A stretch of 64,000 bases of DNA. It comes from an uncultured Bacteroidota bacterium. Its GTDB lineage: Bacteria > Bacteroidota > Bacteroidia > AKYH767-A > OLB10. Positions 10,428 through 20,510 of this stretch are shown piece after piece. Positions within the stretch are counted from its first letter, which is position 1. Each line of letters opens with the position of its first letter. Position numbers and translations under genes: made by a program. Where the stretch lies: positions 10,225-74,224 of the forward strand of contig CAINEC010000064.1 of the NCBI GenBank assembly GCA_903847585.1, written 5' to 3'. The notes under the pieces were generated by a model that searched no databases, had not been told where the DNA came from, and saw nothing but the letters and a program-made list of their open reading frames with translations.

Positions 10428-12047
10428 CTAGCCCTTTTGTTGCTTGAAAATCCCAATTGGGAAGTATGAAAGGACATTGATTAGCAGTAATAATCCTACG
10501 ATCAAACAGGCAATACGTCCTAAATAATCGCCATAGCGTGTATAAAATGTCTGCCCATCATGAATGTATACATCCTTGCGAATAACATTATCTGTCCACC
10601 ACTTGGTAATATCTGATAACTCCCCTCGAGAATTAATAAAGCATGATATTCCAGTATTTGCAGAACGAACAATATTCTTTCGCGTTTCAATAGCACGCAG
10701 ACGTGCATACTGGCAATGTTGTTTATGGCCTGGTGTATTTTCCCACCAGCCGTCATTGGTCATGATGCAAATTAAATTTGCCCCCTGACGAATATAATCA
10801 CCAACGTATTCTCCATAAATCGACTCATAACAGATGACAGGAGCTGTGATTACCCCATCGCCAACAGGCAAAATAGTAGGCTGTTTTTTACTACCTAAAC
10901 TTCCAGCAGTCCCTCCTAAATCAATCGCATACTCTTCAAAAAATCCAAAGAAAGCAGGGAAAGGCATTTTTTCTACTCCAGGCACTAACTTCGATTTATA
11001 ATGCATCGGGAAATTTGTCCCGTTATAAAAATCAGTTGCTGCATTATAGGCATCGTAATAAGCATTGTCGTTGGATAATTGTCTAGCGGTTGCTGACTTC
11101 TTCGACGGATCCATATACAACTGCAATGTTGTTAAGCCAGATAGAAAATGAATGTTCGGATGTTTTTTAGTAAAATCCAAGAAAGGCAAAACACTTGGGT
11201 GAACGGGCATATCATTCATCCAGATAGCGTCAGGAATTGCTGTTTCTGGAGCTACTACCAACTTTGTTTTGGTAGTAATTTTACTTTCTGCTAATCGCAG
11301 GATTTTATTAATCTGCTCGTTACTCGACATCCCAGAAAACTTTTCGTTGTACGGATCGATGTTAGGTTGTACAACAACTACTTCAATCGATTTACCTGTA
11401 TCATCAACATTCTTTTTAATGATGAAGGAAATAAGAATCGGGAGAATAATAATACAAGATGTTAGCGCGATATTTTTCTTCGTTCTGAATGCTGTTTTGC
11501 TGATTAGCTGAAATAAAAGAATATTCACGAGTAAAATCCATAAGGTGCCACCTTGCGTACCTGTGTATTCATACCACTGCACCATATCAGCCCAAGCTGC
11601 GAATCCGTTACCCATATTTAACCATGGCCACGATAAATCCCAATCCATGTGTAAATGTTCAAAGGCAACCCAGCCAACTAACAGCATGGCATATCCGAAG
11701 AAATCACCTAAACGCTTATGCACCCAATGAAAGAGCCCGAATGCACCCGCCATCAATAACGAATTGGCTAATATAGCTCCTACCATTCCGCCTCCACTAG
11801 CGAAGTAAATCCACCATGTAGTTGCAAGGTTAAACAAGATAAAAGCTAAGTACGTCCAACCGAACAAACGGACTTTTACGCCGGCACGTTTTTGCTCCAA
11901 CACATTTTTTTCGAGCCATAGCAATGGCAACCATGCAATAAATAAAATAGGAGCAAATCCACCAGCAGGCCAGGCCATCCACATCAATAATGCGAATAGC
12001 AATATGCTTATGATTTTATGTTTGATAGTAAAGTTGGAAACTTGCAT
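10428..12047 (-). CDS. lnt: Apolipoprotein N-acyltransferase
   Basis: N-terminal transmembrane block; VQPNI, PETA, KSKLVPG and ICYES nitrilase-fold triad; QH..YARLRAIE. Confidence 0.95.
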   Translation of the reverse strand: MQVSNFTIKHKIISILLFALLMWMAWPAGGFAPILFIAWLPLLWLEKNVLEQKRAGVKVRLFGWTYLAFILFNLATTWWIYFASGGGMVGAILANSLLMAGAFGLFHWVHKRLGDFFGYAMLLVGWVAFEHLHMDWDLSWPWLNMGNGFAAWADMVQWYEYTGTQGGTLWILLVNILLFQLISKTAFRTKKNIALTSCIIILPILISFIIKKNVDDTGKSIEVVVVQPNIDPYNEKFSGMSSNEQINKILRLAESKITTKTKLVVAPETAIPDAIWMNDMPVHPSVLPFLDFTKKHPNIHFLSGLTTLQLYMDPSKKSATARQLSNDNAYYDAYNAATDFYNGTNFPMHYKSKLVPGVEKMPFPAFFGFFEEYAIDLGGTAGSLGSKKQPTILPVGDGVITAPVICYESIYGEYVGDYIRQGANLICIMTNDGWWENTPGHKQHCQYARLRAIETRKNIVRSANTGISCFINSRGELSDITKWWTDNVIRKDVYIHDGQTFYTRYGDYLGRIACLIVGLLLLINVLSYFPIGIFKQQKG

Positions 12048-12064
12048 TGTACTGCAAATTTAAT

Positions 12065-13366
12065 TTATTCTGAATATGTAGCTGCTGCTTTTCGCTTGAT
12101 TACATATTCATTGGCAACAATACAAAATGTAGCCATCAAAACAGGAAAGACAGGCAAACGAAATCGTGTGCTTGCAGAAGGTCCAGTGACGATCGCGAAG
12201 TAGATGATGATACTCGCCACACATCCACGAAGTGAATAAGAAATATGACGAGAGAAAATAAATTTTACGAAAGCAATAAGAACAATTAATCCCATTATGC
12301 TACACGCAATCAAATATGCATAATAAGAAAACATCGCTAATCGAGATTCAGATTGATAGGGTTTCCCCACATTCACCTCACCGAGATAAAACTTTTCTAC
12401 ATCCCAACGTGGATGTCCCGCAAAGAAATTAAATATTCCTGTTAACTCTTGCTTTATAGCACTCTTCGGATGATTGAATAATACTTCTCGGTTAAATGCA
12501 TCAATCTGCTTACACTTTTCGGGATAAGGCAAATTGGCTACACTCGATTGAAACTCGCTAATTGTTTTAGTTGCTTCTTCTTCATTAAACGCATCTTTCA
12601 AAATAGCATACGAATTATAATTAATCATCAGCTTTCGTTGGATGCTGGAAAACTCCCAGATACCCGTATGCGCATGACTGTAATTGAAGAAAAATGCAAT
12701 GGTGCTAAACGGAATAACAAAGGTGATCAATGCAATCAGTTTAACTTTTTTATTGAAGAAGTGAATCAGAAAACTTACAACTGCCACCATCGGGAATAAC
12801 CACATTACCGGCTTAATAGCCATTGCAATTGCTACACTCCACTGCGACCACCACAGGTCTTTCATCTGACTGTATTTGATTAATCGCGCAATAAAATAAA
12901 TTGCTAATAGCACAAATAATTGTAATAGTATTTCCGACATCACCATGTTGCAGTAAACAAACTGTGATGGGAAAAACAACAACGGAATTAACAACCACAT
13001 ACGATTCCATTCTTCGCCTAAAAACAATTTAACAAATTGAACGGCTATGAAGGTCGTTAGTAAGCTAATCCCTATTTGCAATAATAGCAACACGAACACA
13101 TTTCCTAAGCCTGCATCTATATGCAACAACGATAAAAATGCTCCATATACTGGCGGACGTTGATTGTATAAAGCAGGATTAATTTCCTGCGACAAATCGC
13201 CACAATACCAAGAACCATTAGCACTTAAATTTTGTGCTTGCCAGATATATTCTGATGAATCTTTGGTAGTGAAATTTTTCTGATGCAACGCCACTCCAAA
13301 AAATGCAAGATGCATCAATATCAAAATTGACCAAAACCAAAACTTGCTCGACTTAATCATCTTCAT
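12065..13366 (-). CDS. Polytopic membrane protein, probably a GT-C (ArnT/PMT-like) glycosyltransferase
   Basis: DS.EY, RPPVYGAFL, MSEIL and RFRLP motifs resembling lipid-carrier glycosyltransferases; many TM helices. Confidence 0.6.
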   Translation of the reverse strand: MKMIKSSKFWFWSILILMHLAFFGVALHQKNFTTKDSSEYIWQAQNLSANGSWYCGDLSQEINPALYNQRPPVYGAFLSLLHIDAGLGNVFVLLLLQIGISLLTTFIAVQFVKLFLGEEWNRMWLLIPLLFFPSQFVYCNMVMSEILLQLFVLLAIYFIARLIKYSQMKDLWWSQWSVAIAMAIKPVMWLFPMVAVVSFLIHFFNKKVKLIALITFVIPFSTIAFFFNYSHAHTGIWEFSSIQRKLMINYNSYAILKDAFNEEEATKTISEFQSSVANLPYPEKCKQIDAFNREVLFNHPKSAIKQELTGIFNFFAGHPRWDVEKFYLGEVNVGKPYQSESRLAMFSYYAYLIACSIMGLIVLIAFVKFIFSRHISYSLRGCVASIIIYFAIVTGPSASTRFRLPVFPVLMATFCIVANEYVIKRKAAATYSE

Positions 13367-13434
13367 TGTGGGTGTGAAATTAATAAAACACTTATTGTCC
13401 CAAAATGTTATTGATAATTTCAGATATTTAACGC

Positions 13435-14493
13435 GTGGAAATAAAACTGACTCCTTTTACCTACCGATTAACCTTTAAAAGAGCCTTCGGGATTGCGCAT
13501 GGTACGCGTAATGGCACCGACTCACTTTTTATTCGTGCTACCACTGACGACAAAGAAGGGTATGGTGAAGCCGCATTGCCTCCTTATCTTGGCTATGATG
13601 TTCATCAACTGATCAGCGATTTTAATTCGTATTTCCCGACAACTATTTATAGCATGGAGGAATTGATTGCTTTATTGCAAAAAGTATCCTCTCCTATTTC
13701 GGACATTCCTTCGCCGTTGCGTTGTGCAATGGATATTGCCTTGCATGATCTCTGCGGACAATTAGCCAATATGCCTGCACGAAAAATTTTAGAAGTGCCT
13801 GCTGCCAATAATGTGCGTTGTAGTGTAACGCTCGGCATTAGCAGTGTGGAAGAGATGATTGAAAAAATAAAAGAAGTTACGACCGATTCGAATTTAGGAT
13901 TTACGCTTTTCAAGCACAAGTTAGGAGGAGAAAATGATTTAGAACGCATCAAAGCTTTTAACGATTTTACGAATGCGGATTTTTGTATCGATGCAAATCA
14001 AGCTTGGAAATCGGTGGAAGAAGCCACAAAACAAATTCATTTTTTACAAGACCTCGGATGTTTGTTTGTAGAACAACCCATGCCTGTTTCGATGAACGCT
14101 CATTTGTGTGAATTGAAAAAAAATATTCAGTTGCCAATTATTTTGGATGAGTCGATACAGAATGCCAGCGACTTTGACTTACTGAAAAACAGTTGCGATG
14201 GAATTAATGTGAAGCTGATGAAATGTGGTGGAATGGCGGCAGGGAAAAACTTAATTCAACTTGCAAAACGTCACGGTAAAAAAATTCTGATTGGCTGTAT
14301 GTCGGAGAGCACCTGTGGCGCTGCTGCTGCTGCTGAATTAGCAGGGCTTGCCGATTGGGTTGATTTAGATGGACCGTTGTTAATCAGTAATGATCCATTT
14401 GAAGGAATCATTTATCAGCAAGGATGTATTTTACCAAACACCTCTAACGGGGTGGGTATCCGAAGAGTTAAGGATTTAACATTTTCTGCATAA
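13435..14493 (+). CDS. Dipeptide epimerase (L-Ala-D/L-Glu epimerase, enolase superfamily)
   Basis: GYGEAA, K.KLG, IDANQAW, VEQP, LDES, INVKLMKCGG, GCMSES and DLDG motifs; GTG start. Confidence 0.88.
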   Translation: MEIKLTPFTYRLTFKRAFGIAHGTRNGTDSLFIRATTDDKEGYGEAALPPYLGYDVHQLISDFNSYFPTTIYSMEELIALLQKVSSPISDIPSPLRCAMDIALHDLCGQLANMPARKILEVPAANNVRCSVTLGISSVEEMIEKIKEVTTDSNLGFTLFKHKLGGENDLERIKAFNDFTNADFCIDANQAWKSVEEATKQIHFLQDLGCLFVEQPMPVSMNAHLCELKKNIQLPIILDESIQNASDFDLLKNSCDGINVKLMKCGGMAAGKNLIQLAKRHGKKILIGCMSESTCGAAAAAELAGLADWVDLDGPLLISNDPFEGIIYQQGCILPNTSNGVGIRRVKDLTFSA

Positions 14494-14962
14494 TCATTAC
14501 ATCGAGGTAACGATTAAATTTTTGCCCCGCTTCGTGAAGTACTCCCGTTTTTACAAATCCTTCTTTTTCATTTAAGTATATGCTATGCAAATTATCTGTA
14601 GTAATTCGCGCTAGTATAGAATGTAATCCTACTCTTTTTCCTTCTTCGATAATTTCCTTCAGTAAAATACTTCCTAATCCCTGAAATTGATAATCAGGGT
14701 GAATGTACACCGACCCTTCAGCCATAATATCATAGCCTTTTTTGGGACTCCAAGGACTTAAAGATGCCCAACCAGCAATTTGTTGATTGATTACTCCAAC
14801 AATAACCGGATGAATCGGCATACGATTAATTAGCCATTGCATTCGGTCTTCTTCCGACTGAATTTCGGTATCGAAGGTAGCTGTTGTGTTTAGCACAGCA
14901 TGATTATAAATTTCGGTAATCGCTTTAACATCGTTGGGAATAGCAGCTCTGATTTCAAACAT
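14468..14962 (-). CDS. GNAT N-acetyltransferase (phosphinothricin/YncA-like)
   Basis: IYNHAVLNTTATFD, SVYIHPD.QFQGLGS and GQKFNRYLDV motifs; start moved to MFEIRAA. Confidence 0.88.
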   Translation of the reverse strand: MFEIRAAIPNDVKAITEIYNHAVLNTTATFDTEIQSEEDRMQWLINRMPIHPVIVGVINQQIAGWASLSPWSPKKGYDIMAEGSVYIHPDYQFQGLGSILLKEIIEEGKRVGLHSILARITTDNLHSIYLNEKEGFVKTGVLHEAGQKFNRYLDVMIMQKMLNP

Positions 14963-15056
14963 AATTGTAGAATAGCATCCGAAGATACAAAAACAATTTT
15001 TCAACAAATACCTGAAACACTTAATCATAACCAAGAATATTTTTTTACTTTGTTGC

Positions 15057-16433
15057 ATGGCAAAAACAAAAACAACTTTTTATTGTCAATCGTGTGGGGC
15101 AAATGCATCCAAATGGATTGGAAAATGTCCTTCGTGCAATGAATGGAATACCTATGTTGAGGAAGTAATACCTACGGGCACCGACCATAACAAATGGAAA
15201 TCATCTGCCACCAAAGAAAGTAAAGCTGCAAAGCCACGCTTAATTACCGAGATAGAACTTGAATCAAGTCCGAGAATCATTTTACCCGACGAAGAATTAA
15301 ATCGTGTGTTAGGAGGAGGATTAGTTCCAGGATCATTAACGCTATTGGGTGGTGAGCCAGGCATTGGTAAATCGACCTTGCTATTACAGTTAGCCGTACG
15401 ATTAAAAAACAAAAAGATACTTTACATTTCGGGAGAAGAGAGCGAGCAACAAGTGCGCATGCGTGCGGAGCGAATTGGTAAATTGGAAAGCAACTGTTAC
15501 ATCTTAACAGAAACATCTACTCAAAATATTTTTCGTCAGATAGAAGAATTAAAACCAGAGTTTGTGATTGTTGATTCTATTCAAACGTTGTATTCATCCG
15601 TGTATGAATCGGCTCCAGGAACAGTTTCCCAAATTCGCGGCTGTGCGGGAGAGTTATTGCGCTACGCGAAAGAAACAGCAACGCCTGTTTTAATGATCGG
15701 ACATATAACTAAAGACGGAAGCATTGCTGGTCCGAAGGTATTAGAGCATATGGTTGATACGGTTTTACAATTTGAAGGCGACCGTCATCATATTTACCGC
15801 ATTGTGCGAGCAGTAAAAAATCGTTTTGGTTCTACGGCGGAGCTGGGTATTTACGAGATGCAGGGAGCTGGACTTACCGAAGTATCAAATCCTTCGCAGA
15901 TATTATTAAGTCAGCGTGACAACCAACTCAGCGGAACTGCGATTGCCTGCACGTTAGAAGGAGCGCGGCCGATGCTCATTGAGACGCAAGCATTAGTAAG
16001 CACAGCGGTGTATGGCACTCCTCAACGCACTACAACAGGATTTGATATGCGACGATTACATATATTACTCGCAGTATTAGAAAAACGTTGTGGCTTCCGA
16101 TTAGGAGCGAAAGATGTATTCCTAAATATAGCTGGTGGTATACGCGTAGAAGATCCGGCCATAGACCTCGCCGTTATATGTGCTATTTTATCTTCTTCGG
16201 AAGATTTAGTGATTGACCCGATGATTTGCTTTGCTGGCGAAGTAGGATTAACAGGAGAAATCCGACCAGTGAACCGCATTGAAACACGCATTAAAGAAGC
16301 CGCACGATTAGGCTTTAAGAAAATATTTGTATCGCGATATAACTTACAAGGCTTAGATTTAAAATCCGAAAAATCAATTGAAGTGATTGGTGTTGGGAGA
16401 GTAGAAGAGGTTTTGCAGATGTTGTTTGCGTGA
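15057..16433 (+). CDS. radA: DNA repair protein RadA/Sms
   Basis: C4 zinc finger CQSCG...CPSCNEW, Walker A GGEPGIGKS, KNRFG motif. Confidence 0.97.
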   Translation: MAKTKTTFYCQSCGANASKWIGKCPSCNEWNTYVEEVIPTGTDHNKWKSSATKESKAAKPRLITEIELESSPRIILPDEELNRVLGGGLVPGSLTLLGGEPGIGKSTLLLQLAVRLKNKKILYISGEESEQQVRMRAERIGKLESNCYILTETSTQNIFRQIEELKPEFVIVDSIQTLYSSVYESAPGTVSQIRGCAGELLRYAKETATPVLMIGHITKDGSIAGPKVLEHMVDTVLQFEGDRHHIYRIVRAVKNRFGSTAELGIYEMQGAGLTEVSNPSQILLSQRDNQLSGTAIACTLEGARPMLIETQALVSTAVYGTPQRTTTGFDMRRLHILLAVLEKRCGFRLGAKDVFLNIAGGIRVEDPAIDLAVICAILSSSEDLVIDPMICFAGEVGLTGEIRPVNRIETRIKEAARLGFKKIFVSRYNLQGLDLKSEKSIEVIGVGRVEEVLQMLFA

Positions 16434-16659
16434 TAATATATCAAACGAATTAAATTGTCTTTTCACAACAAATGAGTGTACGCACCTAATTATATATGAT
16501 ATTAACATTTTTTTTAATCCTTGTTAAAAAATCATGTCAAAACATTTTTATTTTTTTGTATTTTTAGTATTCGCTTATAATCACTGACTTGAACAGTTAA
16601 TTTAAGGGCGTAACCGAAAAGCCATACGAGTAGGAAAACTAAAACCAAAAACTAAAAAA

Positions 16660-17028
16660 ATGGAAGGACTAGTTGCATTATTAGGAGCGTTTGCCATTAT
16701 ATGGCTCGCAATTGCAGTGTTATTAATTGCTGCTATGTGGAAAATTTTCACAAAAGCTGGGAAGCCAGGATGGGCTTCCATAATTCCGATTTATAATTTA
16801 GTAGTACTATTAGAAATTACAGGAAAGCCTACATGGTGGATAATTTTATTTATTATCCCAATAGTTAATATTGTGTTTTTAATAATGATGTATCACAGCT
16901 TATCTCTTTCATTCGGTAAAGACACCGGATTCACAGTTGGTCTTGTTTTATTAGGAGTAGTATTTCTACCAATATTAGCTTTTGGAGATGCTACCTATAT
17001 AGGGCCAGGTGGTCAATCCACAACTTAA
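16660..17028 (+). CDS. Small membrane protein, DUF5684-like
   Basis: WKIFTKAGKPGWASIIPIYN motif; SFGKDTGF; four TM helices. Confidence 0.8.
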   Translation: MEGLVALLGAFAIIWLAIAVLLIAAMWKIFTKAGKPGWASIIPIYNLVVLLEITGKPTWWIILFIIPIVNIVFLIMMYHSLSLSFGKDTGFTVGLVLLGVVFLPILAFGDATYIGPGGQSTT

Positions 17029-17048
17029 TTTTTGAAACTTTTAAAAGC

Positions 17049-17076
17049 AAAGCGAGGAAAATTCCTCGCTTTTTTT
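17049..17076 (+). terminator. Intrinsic terminator
   Basis: AAAGCGAGGA-aaat-TCCTCGCTTT followed by a T run. Confidence 0.85.
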
Positions 17077-17180
17077 GTTCGTGATAATACCCCTTTTCAC
17101 ATTAACAAAATCTCAAATGATATTAGTTAGTTAATAATTCCTTCTGTTGTTGGTTGAGATGCTTCTTGACTCGAATCTTT

Positions 17181-17265
17181 GACCTCTCCTAGCCTCTCCT
17201 AGCGAAGCCTCGCTAGGAGAGGTACTTGTTTGAAAGTCCCTCCTTCGGAGGGATTTAGGGAGGTC
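17181..17265. repeat. GC-rich double-hairpin REP-like palindromic element
   Basis: 13-bp perfect hairpin CCTCTCCTAGCGA-agcc-TCGCTAGGAGAGG plus TCCCTCC-ttc-GGAGGGA; near-complementary ends GACCTCTCCTAG / TTAGGGAGGTC. Confidence 0.7.
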
Positions 17266-17293
17266 ATTTACCAATAAATCTAAATAGCATCCC

Positions 17294-19786
17294 CTATTCA
17301 TGATAATAAACCCTTTTCACACGCTCCGAAATACCAGTGAGTACTTCGTAAGGAATAGTGCCTAATTGCTGTGCAATTTCGAGGATGGAATTTTCTTGTC
17401 CGAAAACAATTACTTCCATGCCTTCGCGGACATCCATACCCGTTACATCCAACATGGTCATGTCCATACAAATGCTACCTACAATAGGAGCCAGTTGTCC
17501 ATTCACTAACATCTTCCCTACTCCATTGCCTAATTGTCGGCTTAATCCATCGGCATAGCCTATTCCTACAGTAGCAATGAGCATATCGCGTTGCGCAACT
17601 CCCCTGCGACTATATCCGATCGTATCGCCGGCCGCAACGGTTTTTAATTGTGAAATAGTAGTCTTTAACGTAGCAACCATTTGTAATTGTCGCTGTTCAT
17701 TCGCAGTGGCCGCAATGCCATGCAATCCTATTCCTAATCGCACCATTTCAAATTGCGCTTCTGGGAAACGAAGTATTCCTGATGAATTTAAAATATGTCG
17801 TAAAATAGGATAGTTAAAATGCGATTGCAAGGTCATCGAAATTTTATTGAAGCGTGCAATCTGATCGCGCGTAAACTGATCGTGCTCTAATTCATCACTC
17901 GCAACTAAATGAGAAAACACCGTTGCTACTTTAATGAACTTGTTATTCTTAATTCGAATAATCATTTCATTAATATCATTTTCATCAAACCCTAAACGAT
18001 GCATGCCGGTATCTAACTCAATATGCACTGGAAAACGAGTTATGTTCTCTTCTCCTCTGCGCTTTAGCGCTTCGGTAAAATGATTTAATATTCGGAAGCT
18101 ATAAATATCTGGTTCCAGCTGATAGTTAATCATAGCATCGAAACTTTGCTCCTCGGGATTCATCACCATAATTGGTAACGTAATTCCTGATTTGCGAAGT
18201 TCTATACCTTCATCGGCGTAAGCAACAGCTAAGTAATCGGCGCGATGAAACTGCATCACATTCGCAATTTCAAAACTACCACTGCCATAGGAAAACGCTT
18301 TTACCATGACCATTAATTTTGTTTCTGGTCGTAGGCGCGAGCGATATAAATTTAAATTATGTACTACAGCATTGAGATTAATTTCAAGTACCGTTTCATG
18401 CGCTTTTTGTTGCAACGATTTACTGATGCGTTCAAAGCCAAAAGAGCGAGCGCCTTTAATTAAAATCGTTTCATCATTAAACGAAGCGTAATTTAAGTCG
18501 CGAAGAAATTCATCCGTAGAATTATAAAACGATTTTTCAATTTTAAAAATATTGCTTTGTCGAGAAATGGCTTCACCAATACCAATCAAACGATTGATTT
18601 TTTTCTGTGATAACAAATCGGCTACCTGCTGATAAAGCACTTCTTCACTTTTTCCACTCTGTAAAATATCACTTAGAATTAATGTTCTACGCTCGTGTTG
18701 TTTTTGCTGCAACATAAAATCAAGTGCAATCGTCAACGAGCCGAAATCAGAATTGTAAGAATCATTGATCACCGAGCAATTATTAATTCCCTCTTTCATT
18801 TCGAGGCGCATCGCCACCGGACTTAATAACTCAAAGCGTTTTGATATTTGTTCATTCGGAATTTCAAGAAACAACATCAACGCCCAACAATGAATTGCAT
18901 TCTCAATGCTGGCTTCATCAGTAAACGGAATTTTAATTCCGATAAATTGATTCTTGTAAATCCCTTGTATTTCTGTATCGTGATCGTGCTTGGCAATACG
19001 GCCAATTTGTAAATCAGCCTTCGACTTTCGCGACCAGGTAAATGTATTGCAATGCGAAGAAAGTAATCCCGCCGAATTCACCAGCTCATGAATGGCGGTA
19101 TAATCTTTACAATAAACTAACTGATGCGCATGTACGAAAAGTTTAAGTTTCTCAACAACCTTAGCATTGAGGTCGTTAAAGTTCTCATCATGTGCTGAAC
19201 CTATATTTGTAAATACACCAATAGTCGGGCGAATCATCTCCCCCAACTTCAACATCTCATCAGGCTGTGAAATTCCTGCTTCAAAAATTCCGAGTGTATG
19301 ACTCTCCTCCATTTGCCAGAGCGAAAGAGGCACTCCAATTTGTGAATTATAACTCTTCGGACTTCTTACAATCGAATAATCTTCGCGAAGCAATTGATAA
19401 AGCCATTCCTTCACAATCGTTTTACCGTTTGAGCCAGTGACACCAATAACAGGAACAGAGAACTTCCTTCGATGCCATGCTGCTAATTGCTGCATTGCAT
19501 TCAAAGGACTCATCACTAAAATAAAATTTGCTTGTGGCAGCTGTTCAGCAACAGCCTCCTCACTCACAATAAAATTGCGTACTCCTTGGGCGTATAAATC
19601 TGCAATGTATAAATGTCCATCGTGACGTTCACCCTTAATTGCAAAAAAGAGCGAATGTTCCGGATCAACGACCTTACGACTATCCGTTATTAAAAATGAA
19701 ATATGTGCGGCTGCTTCATTTCCGATTCTGCAATCAACGCCCAACACTTCGGCTATTTGTTGCAACGAATACGATAGATGCGCCAT
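17294..19786 (-). CDS. alr: Bifunctional MurF ligase / alanine racemase fusion
   Basis: N-terminal Mur ligase (VTGSNGKT, DSYNSD); C-terminal Alr (VMVKAFSYG PLP lysine, GYSR, GSICMDM, IPYE). Confidence 0.95.
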   Translation of the reverse strand: MAHLSYSLQQIAEVLGVDCRIGNEAAAHISFLITDSRKVVDPEHSLFFAIKGERHDGHLYIADLYAQGVRNFIVSEEAVAEQLPQANFILVMSPLNAMQQLAAWHRRKFSVPVIGVTGSNGKTIVKEWLYQLLREDYSIVRSPKSYNSQIGVPLSLWQMEESHTLGIFEAGISQPDEMLKLGEMIRPTIGVFTNIGSAHDENFNDLNAKVVEKLKLFVHAHQLVYCKDYTAIHELVNSAGLLSSHCNTFTWSRKSKADLQIGRIAKHDHDTEIQGIYKNQFIGIKIPFTDEASIENAIHCWALMLFLEIPNEQISKRFELLSPVAMRLEMKEGINNCSVINDSYNSDFGSLTIALDFMLQQKQHERRTLILSDILQSGKSEEVLYQQVADLLSQKKINRLIGIGEAISRQSNIFKIEKSFYNSTDEFLRDLNYASFNDETILIKGARSFGFERISKSLQQKAHETVLEINLNAVVHNLNLYRSRLRPETKLMVMVKAFSYGSGSFEIANVMQFHRADYLAVAYADEGIELRKSGITLPIMVMNPEEQSFDAMINYQLEPDIYSFRILNHFTEALKRRGEENITRFPVHIELDTGMHRLGFDENDINEMIIRIKNNKFIKVATVFSHLVASDELEHDQFTRDQIARFNKISMTLQSHFNYPILRHILNSSGILRFPEAQFEMVRLGIGLHGIAATANEQRQLQMVATLKTTISQLKTVAAGDTIGYSRRGVAQRDMLIATVGIGYADGLSRQLGNGVGKMLVNGQLAPIVGSICMDMTMLDVTGMDVREGMEVIVFGQENSILEIAQQLGTIPYEVLTGISERVKRVYYHE

Positions 19787-19787
19787 A

Positions 19788-20396
19788 TTACTTCGAGTTT
19801 TCTTTTGATTTTAATTCTACATTTTGCGTAGCATGCACGAAGCACATACGACAAAGCGGAATATAACTTTCTTTTTCACCAAGCATCACTAATGCATCGT
19901 CTTGCACTGTGCGGTGAGAGTGAGAAGCCAGATCACCACAATGCATACAGATGGCATGCACCTTCGTGATATAATCAGCAATGGCTAATAAATTCGGCAT
20001 TGGCCCGAAAGGCTTACCCAAATAATCCATATCGAGACCTGCAATAATCACACGCGTACCTTGTCCTGCTAACTGTTCTACTACTGCTGGCAGATTATCA
20101 TCAAAAAATTGTGCTTCATCAATTCCAATTACATCTACTGTATGACTTAGTAATAAAAGATTTGAAGAAGAAGGAATAGGTGTACTCTTAATAAAATTAG
20201 AATCGTGGGAAACGATATTCTCTTCATCATATCGAACATCCACACCCGGTTTAAAAATCTCGACATCGAGCTTTGCGATTTGCGCTCTTTTCAAACGACG
20301 AATTAACTCTTCTGTTTTACCAGAAAACATACTTCCGGTGATGACTTCTATACAACCTTTGCGTGGTAAGTGCTTGCGCGTGTGTTCTAAAAACAT
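19788..20396 (-). CDS. tdk: Thymidine kinase
   Basis: [26 protein letters not shown] motifs and zinc cysteines. Confidence 0.97.
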   Translation of the reverse strand: MFLEHTRKHLPRKGCIEVITGSMFSGKTEELIRRLKRAQIAKLDVEIFKPGVDVRYDEENIVSHDSNFIKSTPIPSSSNLLLLSHTVDVIGIDEAQFFDDNLPAVVEQLAGQGTRVIIAGLDMDYLGKPFGPMPNLLAIADYITKVHAICMHCGDLASHSHRTVQDDALVMLGEKESYIPLCRMCFVHATQNVELKSKENSK

Positions 20397-20460
20397 GATG
20401 ATTGGAATGAGGCTCTAAAATACAAAATTTTGGTGTAGCATTTTAGGCGTCGGACAACAA

Positions 20461-20487
20461 AAAAGGGTTGCCTATGACAACCCTTTA
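20461..20487 (-). terminator. Intrinsic terminator after the hmuY-like operon
   Basis: AAAGGGTTG-cctatga-CAACCCTTT; T run on the minus strand. Confidence 0.7.
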
Positions 20488-20510
20488 ACATTCAGTATTT
20501 TTTAAACTAA

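Noticed and set aside
14900-15142. ORFs or N-terminal extensions crossing divergent promoters (also 1552-1683, 8835-8927, 48128-48235, 55447-55821, 62166-62255)
   Set aside because: They overlap neighbouring genes or promoters; signal peptides or family N-termini indicate downstream starts.
16590-16645. GC-richer patch GGGCGTAACCGAAAAGCC upstream of the DUF5684-like gene, considered as a c-di-GMP riboswitch
   Set aside because: Only a short weak hairpin; the GEMM two-stem architecture cannot be built.
17294-19786. MurF-alanine racemase fusion as a novelty
   Set aside because: Well-known Bacteroidota fusion.
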